A DNA stretch of 64,000 nt, taken from NCBI GenBank assembly GCA_049675585.1, contig JBAUAJ010000055.1:55025-119024 (forward strand), in the 5' to 3' direction. This document shows positions 57,495 through 64,000 of the stretch, piece by piece (the first letter of the stretch is position 1; each line of letters starts with the position of its first letter). A program made the position numbers and the translations under genes. Under the pieces are notes generated by a model. The model searched no databases. It was not told the DNA's origin and saw only the letters and a list, made by a program, of their open reading frames with translations. This DNA is from Thermoplasmata archaeon. Its GTDB lineage: Archaea > Thermoplasmatota > Thermoplasmata > Lutacidiplasmatales > UBA184.

Positions 57495-58691
57495 ATGTCC
57501 TACAAGATTTCCGGGTTCGACTCTCGAAACAACCGGATTCGGTCTCGGCGCATCGGGAGCTTCGCGTTGGCTGTGCTCACCGGGCTCCTCCTCCTGTGCC
57601 CTTGGATCGGAGGGTTCTCGCTCGCCCACCCCGCCACTCTTGGGGCGACCCCTTTACTCCGCTCGGACTCGGGGAGTACCAACGTACCCGTGGGGACCGG
57701 CCCCGAGGGCATGGCGTATGATGCTGAGCTCGGAGAGATCTTCGTCACGAATTCCTATTCTAACAACGTCAGCGTGATCTCGGATCTCACCAACACCGTG
57801 ATCGCGACGATTCCGGTCGGGATGCAGCCACAGGACGCTGCCTACGACGACGGCCTCGGCGAAATTTTCGTTTCGAACTACCTGTCGGGCAATGTCAGTG
57901 TGATATCGGATGCGACCAACGCCGTCGTGTCGAGCATTCCCGCCGACGGCTACCCCCTCGGATTGGCCTACGATGGATCTATCGGAGCAGTCTTCGTCGC
58001 CACGGTCGAGGAGTCAGGTACCGGAAACCTCAGTGTGATTTCCCATGCGCTCGACACGGTTGTGGAATTGATCCCCGTCGGCTTTGACCCGTACGGCGTG
58101 GCGTTCGACAGCGGCAGGGGAGAGATCTTTGTCACTAACTCCGGTTCGAGCAATGTCAGTGTCATCTCCGACTCCACGCTGAGCGTGGTCGCCACCATCC
58201 CCACCAACACGACACCTACCGGCATCGTGTACGACGCCGGGAAGGGCGAGCTGTTCGTCACGAGCTTCATTAGCGGCATTATGAATGTGATTTCGGACGC
58301 CACCAACACGGTGGTCTCGACGTTCAATGTTACCGGGGGTCCGCAGCGGCCCTCGTACGACCCGGCGACCGGCGAGGTGTTCCTTCCGAACTTCGACCAC
58401 CACAACGTGACCGTGATATCCGACTCGACCAACCGGCCGGTGGGGACGCTCGCTGCCAACGCCGCCCCGCTAGGTTCCGTCTACGACAGCGGAAAGAAGG
58501 AGCTCTTCGTCTCGAACGGGGCCGCCAACAACGTGATCGTGATACCCATCGCGAGTCCGCCGCCCAACGGAGCCAGCGGAGGTCTGCCTGGTTGGACGGG
58601 GGAGCTCGTCCTCTCCGCGATCATCGTGTCCGTAGTGGTGGCCGGTATCGCAGTTCTGCTTAGAATACGCGCGACGCGCCGGCCCCCATGA
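57495..58691 (+). CDS. secreted YVTN-family beta-propeller repeat protein with C-terminal PGW-TM-basic anchor
   Basis: Signal peptide, eight YVTN repeats (G.EIFVTNS.S.NVSVISD.TN.VV.TIPVG..P.G.AYD). C-terminus GGLPGWTGELVLSAIIVSVVVAGIAVLLRIRATRR resembles PGF-CTERM-type sorting tails. Confidence 0.7.
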   Translation: MSYKISGFDSRNNRIRSRRIGSFALAVLTGLLLLCPWIGGFSLAHPATLGATPLLRSDSGSTNVPVGTGPEGMAYDAELGEIFVTNSYSNNVSVISDLTNTVIATIPVGMQPQDAAYDDGLGEIFVSNYLSGNVSVISDATNAVVSSIPADGYPLGLAYDGSIGAVFVATVEESGTGNLSVISHALDTVVELIPVGFDPYGVAFDSGRGEIFVTNSGSSNVSVISDSTLSVVATIPTNTTPTGIVYDAGKGELFVTSFISGIMNVISDATNTVVSTFNVTGGPQRPSYDPATGEVFLPNFDHHNVTVISDSTNRPVGTLAANAAPLGSVYDSGKKELFVSNGAANNVIVIPIASPPPNGASGGLPGWTGELVLSAIIVSVVVAGIAVLLRIRATRRPP

Positions 58692-58878
58692 ACAGCGCCC
58701 GCCGGGCCCCCGCCCGGTGCCTCCGGATGAACCGGACAGGGCTTGGAAGTTCACCCGGAACCTTCCCTGAAAGTGTTCCGGCTGGCTAGACCGTACCGAC
58801 AGACCTGCGCAACGACTCTCCCGGCGTGCGTCCCCTATTAATACTGTTATCGATTTCTCGATATCGGTAAATCGACTC

Positions 58879-59280
58879 ATGTGGGGGATGCGAAAGAAGC
58901 GGGGGCTTCGCAACTGGGTACTCATGATCATCAGCCGTTCTCCCCGAAACGGCGTCGAGATTATCGCGGACATGGAAGTGATGACCCACGGCTGGTGGCG
59001 GCCGTCGCCCGGTTCGGTCTACCCCCTGCTCGAAGAGATGGTCAAGGAAGGGTCCATCAAGAAGCGAGAGGACAGCCGCTACGAACTCGCCCAGCCGTCC
59101 GACGCGATCTGGTCGTGGCACCCCCCGTCGAGCCCCCGCACTCCGGCAGATGTTCTTCGGGAGATCTCGGGTCTCACCGCTTATCTCGAGGACATCGCTC
59201 GTTCCGACCCGAGCGCGCTCTCTACTATCCTGACGGAAGTGGATCCGGTCGCCGACCGGCTTCGCCGTCTCAAGAACTAG
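58879..59280 (+). CDS. PadR-family transcriptional regulator
   Basis: wHTH with HGWWRPSPGSVYPLLEEMVKEGSIKKRE (PadR pattern P.HGYEI...SPGTLYPLLKRLE.EGLI). Confidence 0.65.
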   Translation: MWGMRKKRGLRNWVLMIISRSPRNGVEIIADMEVMTHGWWRPSPGSVYPLLEEMVKEGSIKKREDSRYELAQPSDAIWSWHPPSSPRTPADVLREISGLTAYLEDIARSDPSALSTILTEVDPVADRLRRLKN

Positions 59281-59290
59281 GAACGAAACC

Positions 59291-60310
59291 ATGGAACAGA
59301 AGGGCAGCATCGTCGCGCAGAATCTGGTGAAGGTCTTCAACGGCAAGGTCCGCGCCGTGGATGACGTCAGCTTCCAGGTCGGACCCGGCGAAGTTTTTGG
59401 ATTCCTCGGCCCCAACGGTGCCGGAAAGACGACAACCGTCGCCATGCTCTCGGCTGGGCTCAAGCCGACGCAGGGCCGCGGTTTCGTCGACGGCCTCGAG
59501 GTGGGCCTCCATCCCGAGGAGGTCAAGCGTCACATCGGAGTCATCTTCCAAGAGTCGACCGCGGACGGGGATCTGACGGGCCGGGAGAATCTCGAGATCG
59601 CCGCCGGAACGTACGGTATCTCTTCCTCGGAAGGGAAGCGGCGTGCGGTCGCGTTGATCGACCAGATGAAGCTCAGCGACGCGGCGGACCGATACGCGAA
59701 GACCTACTCCGGGGGCATGCGCCGACGCCTCGAGCTCGCGGTGGGGCTGGTCCACCAGCCCCGAGTCATCTTCCTGGACGAGCCCACTCTAGGGCTCGAT
59801 CCGCAGGGACGCGCCGGCTTCTGGGAGTTCATCCAGAAGCTGCGTCAGGACCACGGTATGACGGTGTTCGTGACGACGCACTATCTCGACGAGGCGGACG
59901 GGATGTGCGATCGCATCGCCATCATCGATCACGGAAAGATCGTCGCCAGCGGGACTCCGAACCAGCTGAAAGATCGCCTGGGCGGAGATGTAGTGACGCT
60001 CAAGACCGGCTCGGGGGCGGGAGATATCGCCCACGTCCTGGAGGCACTTCCCGGCGTTACCTCGGTCCAGCATTCGGACGGGCAGTATCGGGTCAAGTGC
60101 TCCAGCGGCGAGACGTTCGTACCCGAAGCCGTTCAAGCGGCGACGAAGGCGGGAGCCGGGATCACCGGGGTGACCGTGAAGCGCCCCAGTCTCGATGAAG
60201 TGTTCCTCGAATTCACGGGGCGCGAGTTCCGCGAGGACGAAGGACCGACCGCGACGGATCGAGCCGTGATGCTGAACCGGATCCAAGGGTCCCTGGGAGG
60301 TCGGCGCTAA
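59291..60310 (+). CDS. ABC transporter ATP-binding protein (ABC-2/DrrA-like)
   Basis: GFLGPNGAGKTTT, YSGGMRRRLELAV, IFLDEPTLGLDP. Confidence 0.85.
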   Translation: MEQKGSIVAQNLVKVFNGKVRAVDDVSFQVGPGEVFGFLGPNGAGKTTTVAMLSAGLKPTQGRGFVDGLEVGLHPEEVKRHIGVIFQESTADGDLTGRENLEIAAGTYGISSSEGKRRAVALIDQMKLSDAADRYAKTYSGGMRRRLELAVGLVHQPRVIFLDEPTLGLDPQGRAGFWEFIQKLRQDHGMTVFVTTHYLDEADGMCDRIAIIDHGKIVASGTPNQLKDRLGGDVVTLKTGSGAGDIAHVLEALPGVTSVQHSDGQYRVKCSSGETFVPEAVQAATKAGAGITGVTVKRPSLDEVFLEFTGREFREDEGPTATDRAVMLNRIQGSLGGRR

Positions 60311-61149
60311 TGTTGCGGGAACTGGCCGCCCTGACCCGGCGGGAGTACCTGAAGATCCTGCGGAACCCGCAGGCCGTCTTCACTGCGCTGACCCTTCCGC
60401 TGCTGTACCTGCTGCTGTTCGGACAAGGCTTCGGCTTCCAGCCGATCGCCACCTACCCGGGAGAGACGCACGCCCAGGCACTGGCGTACTGGTTCCGGGG
60501 TGCGCCGAGCTACTACTCGTACTTCACTGCGGGAATGGTCGGCTTCGTCGCCGTGACCGCGACGCTGTTCATCGGGGCGAACGTGATCTTCGACAAGCTG
60601 TTCGGCATCTTCAAGCGCACCCGGGGTACCCCCGCTCCATCCGCCGCAGTGTTCGGTTCCCGGTTGATAGCCGGTGCAACGCAACCGATCGCGTATGCGT
60701 TCCTCGTCCTTGGCCTGGCGCTCGCCTTCGCCCACATTCCCGGACTCACCGGGCTGACCGTTCCTTCCGCTCCCAGCCCCCTCGGCGTGGCGGAGATCGT
60801 CCTGGCGATCTTCCTTCTGTCGGGAATGTTTGCGACACTGTTCCTCACGATGGGGATTCTGATCGATGTGCCGCAGATGTACTTCGCGGCCGTCAATGTG
60901 CTGAACCTGCCGGTGCTTCTCACTTCGGACGCGCTCTACCCGTGGGGGACGATGCCGAGCTGGCTCAAGTCCATCTCCCAGTACAATCCGATTTCTCTCG
61001 CGGTTAACGTCATCCGGGAGAATCTGTTCGGCGCGTCGGCGTACCCGTACCCCCCCGAGATCTACCTGCTCGGCCTGTTCGCTTGGGCAGCGGTGTTGGT
61101 CGGGATTGCGATCTTCCTCGTCCGCCGAGCCCTCCGACCTCAGGACTGA
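60310..61149 (+). CDS. ABC-2 type transporter permease
   Basis: 279 aa with six TM helices. Start overlaps the ATPase stop. Confidence 0.65.
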   Translation: MLRELAALTRREYLKILRNPQAVFTALTLPLLYLLLFGQGFGFQPIATYPGETHAQALAYWFRGAPSYYSYFTAGMVGFVAVTATLFIGANVIFDKLFGIFKRTRGTPAPSAAVFGSRLIAGATQPIAYAFLVLGLALAFAHIPGLTGLTVPSAPSPLGVAEIVLAIFLLSGMFATLFLTMGILIDVPQMYFAAVNVLNLPVLLTSDALYPWGTMPSWLKSISQYNPISLAVNVIRENLFGASAYPYPPEIYLLGLFAWAAVLVGIAIFLVRRALRPQD

Positions 61150-61213
61150 AGGGAGCCCGACCTCCCTTACGCGAGACCAACCCTTTCCCACCTTAGATCA
61201 CACCGCGAGGTCG

Positions 61214-61231
61214 GCACAATGCTCATTGTAC
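61214..61231. repeat. motif instance GCACAAT-gctc-ATTGTAC
   Basis: Between the ABC-2 permease end and the tandem-repeat protein gene. Confidence 0.4.
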
Positions 61232-61441
61232 CTACCGGACAGAGGTCTGTTCACTTTCGAGTCCATTCTTGAGTCGGCTCCTTTAGGGAGTCTTCAGTTC
61301 TGACGAGTGCACTGTTCCCTGACCTGGCCGAGTCTGAGCTACACGATCGGTCCCGAGTCTTGTCGCGCCAGCGGAGTCCGGGAACTCGCCGGAGTTCACC
61401 CTGTCGATCGCCAAAGTCTGATTGCACTCCATTTCGAGTGA

Positions 61442-62344
61442 TTGTCTGGGTGGAAGGCTGGGCGAGAAAAATCGCCTCTCGAATGTGGAACGCCCTTCCG
61501 CGTTTGTTACGAGGAAGTTTACGAAACTGAGATTAAGCCCGACACCTTTCGGGGAGCGAGGTGGGACTGGATCCTCATCCGGAGTTTCGACCAGAAGATG
61601 ACCGCAATTCCACCGGACAAACGGAGAGCCGAGGACCTGAGATCTGAGGCTGATACCTTGAATGCCAGGGCCGATTTGCATCATCAAGAAGCAGACAACA
61701 TACGGAGCAGTCTGCCGCCTCCGGGTGAACGGAATGCAGAAGAGCGGGAGATGGCGGCCGGGAGATCCGGTGATCCTAACATGGCCGCGAGCGCCATGGA
61801 GCTCGATCATCTTGCTCAACGCGAGCAAAACGAAGCGATCGACAAGAGAGCTATAGCTAACGAACTTGATCCGCCTCAGCACGACGCCTTCCAGCCAGTC
61901 GACCAGGCCCGCACAGACCCACGCCAAGACCCCGATCGGATCAAGGAAAGCGGTGAGCGAGAAATCGGACCTCGCCCAGACCCGGGGAGCGCCGAACGCG
62001 ATATTGGGCCGCACACGGATTCGGAAAGTGCTAGGCGAGACCTCGGACCCCACCAAGATGAGGGTGGCGCAGAGCGAGATCTCGGGCCACACCAGGACCA
62101 ACGGAGCGCTGAAAGAGACATCGGATCGCATCCGGAACGGGGCACGGGCGGGCACGACCTGGGCCCCCACCAAGATACGCATAAGGAGGGTCAGGAGTCA
62201 GAGGCAGGCTCATCCAAATCCGGTGAAGGGCCGCGTGAGGGAGAGGCACCGCGCAAGGAGCAGGGCCAATCGCCGGGGGCGTCCCCAAATCAAGAAAGTG
62301 GAGGGCACCAGGCAGGGTCCTCTGGGGAGTCGCATTCCGAATAA
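61442..62344 (+). CDS. acidic low-complexity protein with five to six tandem 11-aa repeats (consensus SAERDIGPHQD)
   Basis: Protein repeats are encoded by 33-bp DNA tandem repeats at about 61955..62165. True start may be an internal Met (MTAIPPDK). Adjacent to a TraD-like ATPase. Confidence 0.4.
   Translation: MSGWKAGREKSPLECGTPFRVCYEEVYETEIKPDTFRGARWDWILIRSFDQKMTAIPPDKRRAEDLRSEADTLNARADLHHQEADNIRSSLPPPGERNAEEREMAAGRSGDPNMAASAMELDHLAQREQNEAIDKRAIANELDPPQHDAFQPVDQARTDPRQDPDRIKESGEREIGPRPDPGSAERDIGPHTDSESARRDLGPHQDEGGAERDLGPHQDQRSAERDIGSHPERGTGGHDLGPHQDTHKEGQESEAGSSKSGEGPREGEAPRKEQGQSPGASPNQESGGHQAGSSGESHSE
61955..62165. repeat. 33-bp tandem DNA repeat, about 6 units, inside ORF 61442..62344
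   Basis: Units such as agcgccgaacgcgatattgggccgcacacggat, agtgctaggcgagacctcggaccccaccaagat and ggcgcagagcgagatctcgggccacaccaggac encode ERDIGPHxD-type peptide repeats. Confidence 0.6.
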
Positions 62345-62377
62345 GGTGCTTGGTCTGTCGGCGATTATCGCCTCCGG

Positions 62378-63937
62378 ATGGTGACGATGAGTGCACCGAA
62401 TCCTTCGAGGAGTCAGCGGTACAAGCCTCCGGTCACTATCGAGGGCGGATGGCTGCACTCGGAACCTAAACTGGATCCGCAAACTCAACGGCCACTCCGC
62501 GAGGTGATCGGGAGGGCGCCGGTCGAGCCGCCTTGGGTCGCCCTTGATACAGTTCCATTTCCTGTCGAACTGACGGACCGCCATCTGAGCACCCACGTGC
62601 TTTTCCTGGGGGGAATCGGCACCGGCAAGACCGTCGCCATTTCTCATCTGGTGGAGAGAATTCGCCAAGCGGAGAAGGGTCGACCGTACTCGATGGTTAT
62701 CTTCGACACGAAAGGGGACTATCTCGAAAAGTTCGGTAACGAGGACGACTTGGTCCTCACTAACAACCCCCGGCTCCAGGGGGACCGGTATCCGCGATGG
62801 AATCTGTTCGACGACATCGGGTTCGGCCTATCCGACACTCCCTCTCTGGTCGCCGATCGACTGCTCTGTGACACCGCGTACGAGGTCTCGCAGACGCTCT
62901 TTCAAGAGCAGATTCGTCGAACCAATCAGCCGTTCTTTGCGCAGGCCGCCAGCGAGATATTTTTTTCGTTCATTGCGCTCAAAGCCCGTTGGCGCCGCTG
63001 GTATCGGGACCGCGGTGGTGCAAACATCGGTAACCACGAGATTGCCGCGCTCGCGCGGCAGGACACGAGGGCCGCACTCGCGTCGGTCCTGGCAGCCTTC
63101 GAGAACTCCGCGAATCCCGATCCCGGCGGGGCGAGGGGCTACCTGTATGGCGATGAAAAGCTCACCCACAACATCCTCACCGAATTCCGCCAGGTTGTCA
63201 CCAAGACGTTCCGCGGAAATTTTCAGGAATCCGGGAGCTTCTCGATCCGAGACTATGTCAAGAGTCGGCCCGGCAAAGCGTTGTTTGTCGAGTACGATAT
63301 TCAACAAGGATACCTCCTTCGCTGCGCGTACCAAGTGCTCTTGGACCTGGCCATCACTCAGGCGCTGGGCCGGGAGGATGAGGGCTCGTCGCAGGGTAGG
63401 CGACCGAACGCTTACTTCGTGATCGATGAGTTCGCCCTGCTCCCTGCACTCCAGCATCTGGACGCAGGAATCAATTTCGGTCGGTCGCTCGGCGTCAAGT
63501 TCGTTCTCGGTGCCCAGAACGTGGGCCAAGTGATCGAGAACTATGGAGAAGGTGTCGGATACGGAATACTGGGAGGGATAGGGAACGTCTTCGAGTTCCG
63601 ACTTTACGACTCTGTGTCCCGGGACTGGGTCAAGGGGCGCTACGGTCAGAGCTTCAAGGCGCGCACGTTCCGACCGCCGTCGGGGGAATCCGACCAAGTG
63701 GAACTGGGCCCGGGATTCGTGATCGAGGACTGGGACGTATCCGGGCTGCGGCCCGGCTACGCCATCGCCGCGATCGGGAATCTTGACCCGTACGTCGTAA
63801 AGTTCCCGGCCCCGACCGAGCATGGGGACCCTCGTCGCAGCCCCGGCTCAGAAACCCCCGTACGCACGCCGACCCCGAACGCGCGGTCCATGTCGCCTCA
63901 GGCCCGACCGGCTGGCTCTTCCTCGGGACCGGTGTGA
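62378..63937 (+). CDS. P-loop ATPase of the FtsK/HerA/TraD (type IV coupling protein-like) superfamily
   Basis: Walker A FLGGIGTGKTVA, IFDTKGDY box, Walker B YFVIDEFALL. 519 aa with no N-terminal TM. Resembles archaeal conjugative-plasmid TraG/HerA-like ATPases. Confidence 0.55.
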   Translation: MVTMSAPNPSRSQRYKPPVTIEGGWLHSEPKLDPQTQRPLREVIGRAPVEPPWVALDTVPFPVELTDRHLSTHVLFLGGIGTGKTVAISHLVERIRQAEKGRPYSMVIFDTKGDYLEKFGNEDDLVLTNNPRLQGDRYPRWNLFDDIGFGLSDTPSLVADRLLCDTAYEVSQTLFQEQIRRTNQPFFAQAASEIFFSFIALKARWRRWYRDRGGANIGNHEIAALARQDTRAALASVLAAFENSANPDPGGARGYLYGDEKLTHNILTEFRQVVTKTFRGNFQESGSFSIRDYVKSRPGKALFVEYDIQQGYLLRCAYQVLLDLAITQALGREDEGSSQGRRPNAYFVIDEFALLPALQHLDAGINFGRSLGVKFVLGAQNVGQVIENYGEGVGYGILGGIGNVFEFRLYDSVSRDWVKGRYGQSFKARTFRPPSGESDQVELGPGFVIEDWDVSGLRPGYAIAAIGNLDPYVVKFPAPTEHGDPRRSPGSETPVRTPTPNARSMSPQARPAGSSSGPV

Positions 63938-64000
63938 GCCGTGACGAAGTCTATCGTCCGCTGATACTCCTCGTCGTAGAGCGGGCGCGTCCGTTCTCCA

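Noticed and set aside
20300-58000. Integron-like gene-cassette array
   Set aside because: Modules are in both orientations, no IntI-like tyrosine recombinase or attI is present in the window, and the repeats are short (18 bp) rather than attC-like 60-120 bp imperfect palindromes. Kept only as an analogy in the motif finding.

Overview
High-GC (about 65%) archaeal chromosomal segment. The archaeal call rests on leaderless genes with TATA-like boxes about 26 nt upstream of start codons, a SipW/Sec11-type signal peptidase, an HTH_45 winged-helix regulator, YVTN and thermopsin-like surface repeats, and ectodomains rich in N-glycosylation sequons. The window has four parts. (1) 0.2-7 kb holds an MFS transporter and a minus-strand operon resembling the archaeal TasA-like/bundling-pilus (SipW) system: two TasA/camelysin-like proteins with SipW-cognate signal peptides, a sequon-rich bitopic membrane protein, and a signal peptidase I that is fused to an N-terminal CPBP (CAAX/Abi) intramembrane protease domain; an HTH_45 regulator sits directly upstream. 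(2) 7.6-20 kb is a surface-glycan cluster (GHMP sugar kinase, PhzF-like isomerase, two sulfatase-fold enzymes with a Thr-type TxPxH motif, NAD-epimerase, two GT2, one GT4, a GT-C membrane transferase). Its 11.2-20 kb part is about 50% GC, which points to horizontal acquisition. (3) 20-58 kb is an accessory island packed with toxin-antitoxin and abortive-infection-like modules and large secreted or anchored proteins. The modules are four VapBC pairs, MNT/HepT, a wHTH-MNT/HEPN pair, a canonical AbiEi/AbiEii pair, three paralogous reduced wHTH plus mini-nucleotidyltransferase pairs, and Fic. The large proteins are Kelch, YVTN and IPT/TIG-like. A recurrent intergenic motif (consensus GTTCAAY-N4-ATTGARC, 18 bp), strictly palindromic in about a third of the 18 instances and degenerate or one-armed in the rest, brackets these modules and is absent from the first 20 kb. 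(4) 58.9-64 kb holds a PadR/ABC-2 cassette, a 33-bp tandem-repeat acidic protein and a TraD/HerA-like P-loop ATPase, possibly the edge of an integrated conjugative element. No rRNA, tRNA or CRISPR array was found. Many overlapping ORFs in the six-frame track are high-GC artefacts and are not listed. Manually indexed motif coordinates may be off by 1-2 nt.
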